Positions 22,110-35,519 are shown, numbered from the stretch's first letter. The stretch is DNA of 37,055 nt from Octopus bimaculoides (GCF_001194135.2 NC_068993.1:32388810-32425864), one strand, 5' to 3'. Numbers and translations: made by a program. The notes: generated from the letters alone by a model not told the origin.

Positions 22110-23730
22110 TTGCCACCTTGGTAGGTAGATCCTGCCACACCAGTCCTAAGCTCCAAAAAAGCAGGATAGTTTGACGTTGAACAAGCAATCTAATCCCGTA
22201 GAACAAGAACAGCTAAAGAAACAGCAAAAGAAACTCAATCGCAAAACCTACGGGAGGAAAACGATCCAACAAGGACAAACTCTAATGAAAGCCATATAAA
22301 AGTTAGGGTCTCAAAATGCTAAATTCTGAGCACCAAATAACAAACCTAGCTAAATGGAACATACGAACATTGTATCCAAGTGAAGTGAAAACATGAAAAA
22401 ACTTATGACAGAGTTCAAGGAATACCAACTCAACATCTTAGGAATCGTTGAGTTGAGATAGAGAGAAAAAGGAAAACTATTCAAAAACAATCATTTACTC
22501 TAGTCATGATGGTCAAATGGAGTCAAGAGCAGCTGAAGTATACCAGTGAAGGATATACAGGGAAGGACTTTGCTGACAAAACACTAAATCAACCAACACC
22601 AACAGAACTTTACCAACAAAATAAGAGAGCCCTGGATGTAGATGAAGGTTCAATAATGAGCGACGAGACAACAAAAGCAATCAAAATGTTGAAAAACAAC
22701 AAAGCTTTTCGACTGGATGAAATCATCGCAGAAATGCTCAAACGTGGTGAGAACACTGTAGTGACTGAACTGATAAGTTTGATAAGTTGCTGCTGATATG
22801 AGCTGAAGGTATTACAGAGTTGACAAGGGAGAATTCACTGTGAAACTGCCGAAGAAGGACGACCTATCCAACTGTAATTACTCGCAAAGTATCACCCTAC
22901 TATCAGTGCCCGGTAAAATGTTCTGCAAAATGCTTCTAAAGAGGCTGTACTACGAGAGGAACAAATCGGATTTCATAATAACCGATCCTGCACTGAGCAA
23001 ATTTTTATATTCAGATATATTATTGAACAGTGTATTGGGCATCAAAGACCACTGAAGCTAAATTTTATTGACTTTAAAAAGCATTTGATATTGTCCACAT
23101 AGAGGCCTTGTTGTGAGCTGCCTAGCATTATGGCGCCTCTCAACGCTTTTGTCAATATCTTTAAAGAATTTTATTCAAATTCACCATGCTGTGTTTGAAC
23201 AGAAACAGTGAAAACAGTCTTCATTGACATCATTACTTCAGTGAGACATGGTTGTATTCTGTCACCCCTACTGTTCTTACTGGTAGTAGACTTTGTCCTA
23301 AAGAAAACAGCAAACATACTCGATGAAAGAATACCATGGAAACAACAGACTAGACTGAAAGGCCTGGACTTTACTGATGACATTGTCTTGCCTGCTCAAG
23401 ATAAAAAAAACCTCACATAAGAAATAGAACAAAATGCATGAAAAATTGGTCTGAAAATCGTGTGGAGAAGACCAAAGCAATGAACATTACAAATTATGAC
23501 CATTGAACAACAGCAATCGTAAAGATCAATCGACGATATACCGAGACAGTAGACAGATACACCTATCTAGGTGGCACTATCAGTATCAATGGCAATGTTG
23601 AGACTAACGTCAACCATTGCACTGGCAAAGCCTCGGCTGTATTCCAGAGAATATGCACCATATAGTCCTCCAGCACCATCAGCTTACAAAGATCCGGCTT
23701 TATAATGGCATAGTTCTACCAACAGCTCTC
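22110..23730 (+). mobile_element. RTE-clade LINE, degenerate, large internal deletion of APE, 3'-truncated
   Basis: KWNIRTLY and LNILGIVELR (APE start), then a jump to LNQPTPTE..NNKAFRLDEIIAEMLK, KLPKKDDLSNCNY..ITLLSVPGK, VRHGCILSPLLF, LDFTDDIVL (YADD), YTYLGGTI, IRLYNGIVLPT. The 5' start is uncertain. Confidence 0.88.
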
Positions 23731-23815
23731 TTGAACAAAACACTTCATTTCAAGTTGCTCCAGTCCACTGGCAAAATTGAATAATCTGCAACCGACCAGC
23801 TTCTATATATGTACG

Positions 23816-24147
23816 CAGTGGCGGACTGGGTCTAAAAATATCGGTTGCCAGGAGATTGAGGGGGCCCACCCCCAACTACAAGGGGACCCAGCCGCAGCTA
23901 CAATGTTATCATTTAATTTTCTTTTTCTTTTGTTTTTTGTTTTTTTGTTTAAGGTATTCTTTTCCACTGTCTACAAACACAGCAAGGCTGAAATAATTAA
24001 TACATTATTCCAGGAGTGAATTAAAAATTCTCAAACTTGAGAGGGCAGGCCCCTTAGATACTAATATGGGTCCCCATATATGTATTCTAATGGCGCAGGA
24101 GCTCATTTGCCATCGGGCAAGCTGGCAATCTGGCCACTCCGCCACTG
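23816..24147. mobile_element. hAT-type MITE, 332 bp, non-coding
   Basis: Terminal inverted repeats CAGTGGCGGA/TCCGCCACTG and an exact 8-bp TSD TATGTACG at 23808-23815 and 24148-24155. Confidence 0.92.
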
Positions 24148-24171
24148 TATGTACGGAAGTATATATATATG

Positions 24172-24235
<64 letters not shown>

Positions 24236-25321
24236 NNNNNNNNNNNNNNNNNNNNNNNNNNNNNNNNNNNNNNNNNNNNNNNNNNNNNNNNNNNNNNNNN
24301 NNNNNNNNNNNNNNNNNNNNNNNNNNNNNNNNNNNNNNNNNNNNNNNNNNNNNNNNNNNNNNNNNNNNNNNNNNNNNNNNNNNNNNNNNNNNNNNNNNNN
24401 NNNNNNNNNNNNNNNNNNNNNNNNNNNNNNNNNNNNNNNNNNNNNNNNNNNNNNNNNNNNNNNNNNNNNNNNNNNNNNNNNNNNNNNNNNNNNNNNNNNN
24501 NNNNNNNNNNNNNNNNNNNNNNNNNNNNNNNNNNNNNNNNNNNNNNNNNNNNNNNNNNNNNNNNNNNNATATATTCGCACATGCATATAAGACTAATGCA
24601 GATATACGGAATCGCAATTGTTTTTCAAAACCGCACACAGCATTTTGAACTCAACGCTGACTTTTTCGTAATCAAAGACGAAAATTAACCTCGTTAATCT
24701 TTTCTCTGAAAATCTGCTTTCTGTTTCCACAAAATGAATTCATGGGGAATTGGAAGTATTGTGTCTAGAACTGTGGTAGTATATAAGCATATCATACACA
24801 ACGCAGGCAGTCAATACACCTCGTATATCTCATTGCTCATTTCACTACTCAAATTATAGACTGCTGAATTCAGTTCAGTTAGGTTTAGCACAAGATATGA
24901 AAATTATTGAATTCCACTTATATGTCGTATGTTCGGAGTGATGTATGTCTGCCATCTCCAGGTTCGATTCTCAGATATATCCATGGCACTTACATTCAAA
25001 TACTCACTTAAACTCTACCTTCTGATCCTTCAAATGCTTTAACAGTATTTACACTGTTGCCAGCATTGAGATCACATCTCAGATTCCCTCATCCTGCAGA
25101 CTTTCATCTGCAAAGGTTCAATCTGCATTGATCTTACCAATCAAGGTGAATGTTCAAAGATCATAGACTTTGCTTCTCTCCTTATGACTAACGCAGAATA
25201 AAGAAAATTACGTTACTAACCCCTTCGTGCAGTAAGGCGACATGAACTCCTGATCAGGTATAATGAATCTCTTAATTTTATCGCATAAATAATTCTTCAT
25301 CTTTTTACGGATATTCTCAAA

Positions 25322-25589
<268 letters not shown>

Positions 25590-26984
25590 GCATATTTAAA
25601 TGTGTTACAGAATTGTTAGAAAATAAGGTATTCTGAAATNNNNNNNNNNNNNNNNNNNNNNNNNNNNNNNNNNNNNNNNNNNNNNNNNNNNNNNNNNNNN
25701 NNNNNNNNNNNNNNNNNNNNNNNNNNNNNNNNNNNNNNNNNNNNNNNNNNNNNNNNNNNNNNNNNNNNNNNNNNNNNNNNNNNNNNNNNNNNNNNNNNNN
25801 NNNNNNNNNNNNNNNNNNNNNNNNNNNNNNNNNNNNNNNNNNNNNNNNNNNNNNNNNNNNNNNNNNNNNNNNNNNNNNNNNNNNNNNNNNNNNNNNNNNN
25901 NNNNNNNNNNNNNNNNNNNNNNNNNNNNNNNNNNNNNNNNNNNNNNNNNNNNNNNNNNNNNNNNNNNNNNNNNNNNNNNNNNNNNNNNNNNNNNNNNNNN
26001 NNNNNNNNNNNNNNNNNNNNNNNNNNNNNNNNNNNNNNNNNNNNNNNNNNNNNNNNNNNNNNNNNNNNNNNNNNNNNNNNNNNNNNNNNNNNNNNNNNNN
26101 NNNNNNNNNNNNNNNNNNNNNNNNNNNNNNNNNNNNNNNNNNNNNNNNNNNNNNNNNNNNNNNNNNNNNNNNNNNNNNNNNNNNNNNNNNNNNNNNNNNN
26201 NNNNNNNNNNNNNNNNNNNNNNNNNNNNNNTATCATAGAGTTTCCTCCATGTTAAATACTCCGACACATTCATACATACAACAAATATGTCTCTTCTCAA
26301 AGCTCGTCTTTCCAGCGTTCATAATCATTTTTCACATCGTCATGGCTTAACAGCCCTCGCCGTTTGTTTTTACTGTCTTGTTCTCACTGACCGGTTTTTG
26401 TTACCACTTTCACCCTCCGCAAAAAATCCCAAATTTTATTTAATTTGCTTTGCAGGAAGGACTATTTTAACGAAGGCGCGCATTGTCCCTGCCTTCGAAA
26501 CGTGGAATAGATGAAACAGGGACAACTGACGAAGGGGTATACTCTTTATGTTGCATATCTCGTTTCTCTGTTTGTTTGTTTTCTGTTTTTGTTTTTATGT
26601 TTTCGTTTGTGTCTCCGTTTTTTTATGTCCTATACCCATATATGCTTGTATGTATACATGTATCTGCAGGTATGTACATATATGTATGTATCTATGCATA
26701 TATTTATATAAAATTTATATTATATATATGTATATATGTTTTTATTGTCGTCCGTTACGTTCTTGTTCCGTTTGGGGGTGGGGGATTTATATATGCATAT
26801 AGCAGCGTACGTACACCTTTTTCTCAGCTTGTATCTAAATTCTGTACGACTTTCTTCTTTCTTTCCTCTTTTCTTTTTCTCGCTCTCCCTCTCTCACATT
26901 TCTTGGCATTCTTTTCTTTAGTCTGTCTATTTTCCTCTACTATCTATCTTGTACATTTCCCTCTATCCTTTCCTTTGTCTCTGT

Positions 26985-27129
<145 letters not shown>

Positions 27130-27319
27130 GTTCCTTCCAACATTCTTCAATCCCTCTGCTCCCTACCTCTCTGTGTTTCTCCTACATGATCGGTGCTTGG
27201 CCAAGCATGATCTTTCTTTCTTGACCTGACCGCCGCTCGCACAACACCTTATTTTTCCTGTCTCCTGACTTTCATCTATGTTTGTTGCCGCAAGGCTTCC
27301 ATTTCACACGCCAGCTTAA

Positions 27320-28424
27320 CTTAACTTGTCGGTTTAGATGCCCAACTGAGATTAACACCGACAAAATGAAGGAATTAGTCAAGACCAACCCCCGTTATAC
27401 ACCCAAGATGATCGCAAGAATTCCCCACATATCCAAATCGACAATTGAAGATCATTTGCATCAAACTGGTTACGTAAGGAGGCTTGATGTTTGGGTTCCA
27501 CATCAATTGAATGCGGTGAACCTCACCCAACAGTTTTCCATCGGCGATCAGTTGCATAAATGTGAAGAAAATTATCCTGTTTTGAAGAGAATATGACAGG
27601 AGATGAAAAATGGGTCATTTTTAACAATGTTATACGCAGACAATCACAAGGGAAGTGCGGCGAACAACCACAAACAACGTCCAATGCTGGACTTCACCCG
27701 AAGAAGGTCATACTTTCGACTTGATGGGATTGGAAGGGTCATCCCATGAACAGGGCCAAAAATTCGGATGTGCGCTATAAAAAGCTGAACAAATTAACTG
27801 CAGCGAATCAGCAGAAGCGTCGAGCTGGCAGAAACGTTAGCATGCTGGGCGAAATGCATAGCTGTATTTCGTTTGCCGTTACGTTCTGAGTTCAAATTCC
27901 GCCGAGGTCGACTTTGCCTTTCATCCTTTCGGGGTCGATTAAATAAGTACCAGTTACGCACTGGGATCGATCTAATCGACTTAATCCCTTTGTCTGTCCC
28001 CTCTATGTTTAGCCCCTTGCGGGCAACAAAGAATTAAGAAGCGTCCAACACTTGCTAATCGTAAAGGCATTGTCTTTCATCAAGATAATGCCAGACCCTA
28101 GAAGTTACTGGAGCTTCACTGGCGAGTTCTGTTGCACCCTCCATATTCACTCGACCTTACAACTTCAGATTTTCACCTGTTTCGGTCTCTTCAAAATTTC
28201 TGAATACGCAGATAGTCAAATCTGAATAAGATGTAAAAATTCACCTGGAAGAAGAATCTTTTGCCAGTAAAGACAAGAAATTCTTTGAGTAGGGAATAAT
28301 GGGTCTGCTCGCAAGATAGCAGAAGATAGTGGAACGAAAGAGTAATTCTATCATTCATTGAATGACTCACTTTGTGTAAAAAAAAATTGTATCTTATTTT
28401 CGCTTTAAAAAACGGACAACCCAA
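27320..28424 (+). mobile_element. 5'-truncated mariner (mellifera-like), interrupted by a SINE
   Basis: NPRYT, RRLDVWVPHQL, TGDEKWV, GLHPKKV..WDWKG, KRPTLANRKGIVFHQDNARP (after removing the SINE), HPPYSLDLTTSDFHLFRSLQN. Right end ..cggacaacccaa followed by TA (28425-26). No left TIR seen. Confidence 0.9.
27822..28036 (+). mobile_element. tRNA-derived SINE (possibly Meta-domain type) with 9-bp TSD
   Basis: A-box-like gagctggcagaaacgttagc, B-box gagttcaaattcc, central gtcgactttgcctttcatcctttcggggtcgat. TSD AGAAGCGTC at 27813-27821 and 28037-28045. Meta-domain label is from memory. Confidence 0.92.
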
Positions 28425-28440
28425 TACATACATATACATA

Positions 28441-28485
<45 letters not shown>

Positions 28486-29030
28486 ATGTGTGTGTGTGTG
28501 TGTGTGTGTATGTGTGTGTTCTTAGATGAACACACACACTCACACATGTGCACATGCGTATGTGTGTGAAAAATGAAACCGAGGAATAAGACGTATGTCT
28601 ATGTGCTTATATGTAAGTGAGAGACAGAATGAGAGTATGTGCATTTGCACGCGTGTGTGTGTGTTTGTGCTTGTGTGTGTGTGTGTGTGTGTGTGTGTCG
28701 TACAGAATGTGGCTGAAAGAGAGGCTGTTTCGGTGAGTGCTGTCCCACAGATGAAAGCCAAAAGGGCAACCATCTGCAGAACATCGGCGGAAGATATAAC
28801 GATGTGATGGTTTGAAAGAGTAAAACACACGTGAGTGTCGAGAGGGGGAGGGGAAATGTAGCGGAGAAGGGGTAATGAATGGAGTCTGGGAAAACTAAGA
28901 GATGTAAGTTGTAGAGGTGTAGGAGTAGAAGGAAGAGGAGGGGAGGGGAGGAGGGGAGGGGAGNNNNNNNNNNNNNNNNNNNNNNNNNNNNNNNNNNNNN
29001 NNNNNNNNNNNNNNNNNNNNNNNNNNNNNN

Positions 29031-29125
29031 TAGAAGAAGAAGAAGAAGACGAAGAAGAAGACGAAGAAGAAGAAGAAGAAGAAGAAGAAGAAGAAGAAGA
29101 AGAAGAAGAAGAAGAAGAAGAAGAA
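29031..29125. repeat. (GAA)n microsatellite
   Basis: Read directly. Confidence 0.95.
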
Positions 29126-29857
29126 ATGGAAGAGATGATTAGTGTGAAAGAGAGAGAGAGAGAGAGCTGACGAAAAGAGAAAAAAAGGAAGGAATGTAAA
29201 GCAGAATGAGGAAAAACAATAAGTACAACAAACTGAGATGGATAGCAAACATCAGTAAAAATTATTAATCAAACGTAAACTGTTCAATAATTGGTCAGTT
29301 GCTGAACACGTGACCTAACCTCCCAATATGGACGGCCTGAGATATTAATATAATCCACATGCCATTAATTTGGTCGGCCATTAACAACGATTTATTTCAG
29401 GAGAGGTTTCGGATTGGGGGTCCTTTTAATCGTTCGTTTTTATTGTTCTTGATTTGTTGTTGTTGTTGTGTTGTTGTTGTTGTGCTGTTGTTGTTGTTGT
29501 TCGTTTTAATTTGTTTTACTTGAGATAAAATTGTCCTTGGTGCTTTTGTTTAGCTCTCGATCAATCACATTTTAAGCCGACCAACGATCGAAAACTTTCC
29601 AGTCGTGACCATTCATCGTGGTTCATATATCCAGGAGTATATAGTTTAATGTGACATTTTTTTTTCTATAGAGTAAGTTTGTAATCTGTTGGAAAGACAT
29701 TTGGCTGTTATTTTGAAACATGTCAAGGTTCCCAATCGTTCGTTATTAATATTGTTATTTAACGGTAGGGTTTCTTTGAGCAAGTAGATATATAATCAAC
29801 AACGTTTCTTCCTTGACCATTGCATTTTATTAGATACCTTGCTTAGGGTATCTAAGG

Positions 29858-29972
29858 CTAGGCTTAAAAGAATAAGTCCTGGGGTCGATTTCTTCGACTA
29901 AAACCCTTTAAGACGGTGTTCCAGCATGGCCACAGTTAAATGACTGAAACAAGTAAAAAAAATAAAAAGAAT
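29858..29972 (+). mobile_element. CORE-like SINE 3' end
   Basis: ctaggcttaaaagaataag matches the end of 8677-9014, continuing tcctggggtcgat..ccagcatggccacagttaaatgactgaaacaagtaaaa. Confidence 0.8.
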
Positions 29973-30997
29973 ATCCACACTATCCAATGTGTCCTTCATT
30001 TCTTTTTGGTGATGGTAGGATATTTGGGAGAGGCTTGTCTACTATTTCCAGTAGGTGGAGCAACCACATACTATTATTATATCTACACTAATAAACTTCA
30101 TAACCCTGAACAATGCTATTGAATAAATTCCCTACCATACTTAACCATAATGTTGTCCGACATTGCTAATAGATAATGTATTGGACTATATTCAAACATT
30201 CGGTTTGAATACTTATATCTCATTAATGCCAGCAACTAAATGTAAATCGTTCATGTGTGCTAGCTAATTCCCTGTCTTAGTTAACCATCATTTAGTCTTA
30301 CCTTAATTGGTAATGTATTAAACTATATCCAGACATTTTACTACCTAGATCAATACAATTGTATAATTTCCCACCTTGTATATATTCAAACATTCTGCTA
30401 TATTCAAACATTCGGCTATCTGGCAAAAATACTTATTTTCCATTGATCCTAGCACCTTAAATTTATATAGTTCCTATATGCTAACTATACCTAACCTTGC
30501 TACCCTATCATGACCACACGATTTTGTAATTCTACACATTCAAACCTCTTGTTTGCATCAATCTTAGACATTATTTCCTTTTTCTTAATATACATGGTTC
30601 AATAAGTTTGCTCTTATAATCTAACTGAAGTGTTTACTGTATGGCATTTTAATCCTTACGCTTATTTATAAAATTGTATGTTATATTAAGATATCTACAT
30701 GTGCATGTATATATTTGTACATATGCGTATACATATGCATAGGCATACGTGTCTATCTACATATATATATATATATATATATACATATCATTCGCCATGA
30801 TAGATCGCTAGCCACTACACATTCTTTTTTTTTCTCTCCGTGTTTCTCTCCTTGTTTCTTTCTGTGTTCCTTTCTGTGGAAGAGCGTAGACTCGAAACGT
30901 TAAAGACTTTTTCACTTCCCGAGCGTTATACTAATACATTTGTTTGTTTTCTACACCATCTGTCTTCGTCTTTTGGTTTGTTTTTTTTGTGAATTCT

Positions 30998-31040
<43 letters not shown>

Positions 31041-31579
31041 AGGGTATCCCTTTATTAAAATTTATGTATATACGCATACATATGCATCGATTTCTGTTTA
31101 AGTGGAGGGATGTAAGTTTAAATTTGTATATTAAATATGCAGGTGCGTTTACAATTATATAGGTCTGTGTGTTTTTGCTTTATATTCATGTATATGTATC
31201 ATCTATGCATATTTAAATGTGTTAGTGTGTGCGTATATGTATCTATATATGCATATATATGTCTATATATGTGTATATATATGTATTTGTGTGTTTATGT
31301 GTAATCATATGTTGTGTATATAGTTGTAAATAGATATATGCGTGTATATATGTGTATAAGGGTGTGTATGCAGCTGAATGTGCTTCAATAGGTATCTATC
31401 TACTTTGTATATATGAGTCTGTATCTACGCAGTAAAGTACGTGTGTGCAGATATAAATACGAGCCTCTATGCACGGATGTGTTTACAGTTACATATATGA
31501 ATGTATTCCTTTTCGTACATTTTTTGAATGTACATTTATGTTAATATTGTGTGTATGTATGTTTTTGCATGTATTTAGT

Positions 31580-31612
<33 letters not shown>

Positions 31613-32918
31613 NNNNNNNNNNNNNNNNNNNNNNNNNNNNNNNNNNNNNNNNNNNNNNNNNNNNNNNNNNNNNNNNNNNNNNNNNNNNNNNNNNNNNNNN
31701 NNNNNNNNNNNNNNNNNNNNNNNNNNNNNNNNNNNNNNNNNNNNNNNNNNNNNNNNNNNNNNNNNNNNNNNNNNNNNNNNNNNNNNNNNNNNNNNNNNNN
31801 NNNNNNNNNNNNNNNNNNNNNNNNNNNNNNNNNNNNNNNNNNNNNNNNNNNNNNNNNNNNNNNNNNNNNNNNNNNNNNNNNNNNNNNNNNNNNNNNNNNN
31901 NNNNNNNNNNNNNNNNNNNNNNNNNNNNNNNNNNNNNNNNNNNNNNNNNNNNNNNNNNNNNNNNNNNNNNNNNNNNNNNNNNNNNNNNNNNNNNNNNNNN
32001 NNNNNNNNNNNNNNNNNNNNNNNNNNNNNNNNNNNNNNNNNNNNNNNNNNNNNNNNNNNNNNNNNNNNNNNNNNNNNNNNNNNNNNNNNNNNNNNNNNNN
32101 NNNNNNNNNNNNNNNNNNNNNNNNNNNNNNNNNNNNNNNNNNNNNNNNNNNNNNNNNNNNNNNNNNNNNNNNNNNNNNNNNNNNNNNNNNNNNNNNNNNN
32201 NNNNNNNNNNNNNNNNNNNNNNNNNNNNNNNNNNNNNNNNNNNNNNNNNNNNNNNNNNNNNNNNNNNNNNNNNNNNNNNNNNNNNNNNNNNNNNNNNNNN
32301 NNNNNNNNNNNNNNNNNNNNNNNNNNNNNNNNNNNNNNNNNNNNNNNNNNNNNNNNNNNNNNNNNNNNNNNNNNNNNNNNNNNNNNNNNNNNNNNNNNNN
32401 NNNNNNNNNNNNNNNNNNNNNNNNNNNNNNNNNNNNNNNNNNNNNNNNNNNNNNNNNNNNNNNNNNNNNNNNNNNNNNNNNNNNNNNNNNNNNNNNNNNN
32501 NNNNNNNNNNNNNNNNNNNNNATATATATATATATATAAAAGGAGAACTAATGTTTGTGTCTGTGTGGTATGTATAGATAATAATGAGTGGAGTGCATGA
32601 AGATAAAGTTATGTGGATGTGGTTCTGTATATTATAGTATGTTAATGCTTATATCAGCTTCTATGTAGGTGTGACTATAGTTTGATTTCAATACAGGCTA
32701 TTGAGACAGAGTATGTTTGAAGGTCTGTTCACTTTTTAACTCTATTTGAAAATAACTATTGCTCAAAAATATCGCTTGGTTTATATCTCCAGTTGTCTAT
32801 TCCCTATTGAATTATTATATTTTTTGCATGTATTTTTAAACACTTTGTGTAAAAGATTATTTAATTCAACTACTTTACTTACTCTTCTAACCATCTCCTG
32901 TCTTTTGTTTACATTAAG

Positions 32919-33921
32919 GATAACCTTAAATACATGCCAAATGAAGTCGCACGATTCTATCGCAACGTATCATCAGATGAAAGGACGAGATTATATGAGC
33001 AGAAGACTATGCATGGATATGTTAATAGAAAGCTCCGAGATATTAGTACATTGATCATCAAAGCAGTCTATCATGGACCAATAGCCGAATTATTACTTCC
33101 CACTTTGAAGGGTGTGTGTTTGCAATCCAGGAACAGGAAATATCAACCAAATACCTGATGCACAAAAGGGATAGAGATGCAAGAAAAGCAGACTTTGTGG
33201 AGTTAACACCGACGATATCACATCATAAGCATGTGTCCGAAGATGTCATCAGGGTATTATCTACCGATGAGACATTATGTTGTAGCTAGGACACTCTATA
33301 AGGAAATCCGTCGAAAGGATAATCCCGAGGACATAGAAATAAGAACCCACAATATGATAGAAGCCGTAGCCACTCATAATAAAAAGGAATACTGGTGGAA
33401 TGTCCCAGTGAAGACCTCAATAAAATGCAAGCAAGAACAGACTTAATATAATGATTTGTAACAGAGAAGAGAAACTGTACAGTTATGGAAATTAACTGCC
33501 CAGCGGATGTTGACATCAAGCTGAAGATCAGTGAAAAAGAGAATACCTATGCTGAACTATTGAGAAATCTGTAATTACTCTATCCAGATTATAAGTTCGG
33601 GTTTATACCTATAATTATTGGTGCCCTGGGATATGTAACACACTGCCTGGGTACCAATCTTGGGAAATTAGGCTTCTGAAAACCAGAAAGGAGAAATCTA
33701 ATTCGAAGACTACAGATCCATTACGAACTGTAAGAATCTGTAAAACTTTCCAGAAGTTTATCATTTAAATATATATGAGCATGTCTAGATATGCAACTAC
33801 ATGCATGAGAATACATACATGAAATAAAATATACAAATTTGCACATGTACATACATACATACATACATACATACATACATACATACATACATACATACAT
33901 ACATTCATACATACATACATA
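32919..33921 (+). mobile_element. 5'-truncated R4/Dong-like LINE (family B, copy 2)
   Basis: Collinear and highly similar to ~18404-19480 (e.g. EIRRKDNPEDIEIRTHNM.EA.ATHNKKEYWWNVPVKTSIKCK; shared 3'UTR ttatcatttaaatatatatgagcatgtctagatatgcaac). Ends in (TACA)n. Confidence 0.93.
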
Positions 33922-33925
33922 CACC

Positions 33926-34460
33926 CTGCCATCTTCGTTTGGAAGATCACTCTGCCATCTTCGTTTGGACGAGAAGGGAAGACAGTTTTCTTCTGTCTGG
34001 TGACTATGTCGAAAGTGGTAATGTGATGGACAAGTTTGAAAGAACTGAAGACAGATACTATCCTCTTCGGCCAACAAGCCCTCGTCAACTTTTTCAAGTT
34101 TCACTTGGAAGAAAAGTGAGTTTGGAGAGGGAAGTAGGTTTTTTTTTTTTTTTTTTTGAAAGGTGGGTGAATGTGATGAGGATGACCCGTGTGAATGTGG
34201 CTACTTACACATGTAAGCCGGAAGAGTTGAGAAGCAGAGAGGCACCTGCAGTGGTACCCCTAGCGGTCAGGGTAACCAGGATGTGTGGGATTCCTTGGTT
34301 GTCCATTTTGGGGAATTTTATTGGTTGTCACCCTTTAGGGGAATTTCATTCTTGAATTTATATTGTTAATTGTTCTTAAGTTTTGTGCTAAGCCCCACTT
34401 TCCCTTGTGTTGTATTCTCCTTTTTTTTCCTTTGTGCCTTTGTACCAATAAAGAAAACAA
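33926..34460 (+). mobile_element. Tx1/L1-like LINE 3' end fragment (ORF2 C-terminus + 3'UTR)
   Basis: EGKTVFFCLVTMSKVVM*WTSLKELKTD..QALVNFFKFHL..ERWVNVMRM resembles recalled Tx1 C-termini; AATAAA at ~34448; 18-bp direct duplication at the 5' junction. Confidence 0.6.
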
Positions 34461-34467
34461 TATTATT

Positions 34468-34499
<32 letters not shown>

Positions 34500-34704
34500 G
34501 TTCTGCTTTCGCTTTTATTTATAAAAGCCGCACCAAAGTCTCAACTAGACACGCCAAGGGACAACAAGATTTTAGCATCTAAAGGTGTTAACAGGTGAGA
34601 TGCCATGCAATTGTAAAAATGATGTCTAACTGCGAAAAAATACCTTTATAAAATTTATAGAAATGAACGAGTAGGATAGCATTCACATGAATGGGAATTT
34701 ATAT

Positions 34705-35280
34705 AAAATATATGCGGTATCTGTATGTACCATCTCTTACAATTCACCTATCTGAGGGTCGCCAGGAATTTGGTCTATGTATTTGTTTGTATTTTTTTTT
34801 TCATTCTAAATTCCCCAATAACAATAGGTAATGTTGTTGCTCTGAGATGTCACGCCTTTCTAATTTCTGCCTCCATGTCTTTATATTTGCTCAATTTTTC
34901 AAACGTTTCCAGAGATGTGGTTTTGTCCGCTGGGGCTGAAACATCCATGAAATAACGTGTCTTTTCAACAGGATTTTTCACAATGATATCTGGTCGGTTA
35001 GCCTGAATTTCCTGAATAGTCTAAAACTGAAATTCCAAAGCATAACAACTTCAGCAATCTGCATAACTAGTGGTGTTTATTCCCACCAATTATTTTTGCA
35101 CGGTTTGACAAATTAACCAGTGTATGTACTGACCGGCACTGTCATATAGTCAAAAGTACTCTGCTGGTGCAAGCTGACCGTATCTAGAGATTATGTGGCC
35201 GATTGTCTATGGATGTTCTCTATAGACAAGGGCCAGCCATGAATAGGTAAGGCTTTCGTCTACATCTGAGTCCCTGGCTC
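34705..35280 (-). mobile_element. R4/Dong-like RLE domain fragment (distinct family)
   Basis: Minus strand: TIGHIIS..LAPAEY..DSAGQYIHWLICQ..EIQANRPDIIVK..FMDVSAPAD..EKLSKYKDME..LPIVIG..QIPGDP, i.e. CCHC remnant plus PD-(D/E)xK nuclease. Confidence 0.85.
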
Positions 35281-35519
35281 TAATTCAAGTAGTTTTTGCT
35301 CTCATTTCTTCTTATATATATGAAAGCTGATTAATTTCACTAGTTTTTTTAATTTTATTTTTATCTTTATTTTTTCTTGCTTTTCCAGTTCGGGACACAT
35401 TTTCTTCGGGTACTGGTTTCCCTTTACTGAGTATATTTTTGAATCTTCACGTTTGCGAACATTATTATCATCATCATTATTATTGTTGTTATTGTTATCA
35501 TTTTTTTCATATCTATAGG

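Noticed and set aside
24950-25200. Splice-like signals on both strands in a unique region
   Set aside because: All frames tested hit stops quickly.
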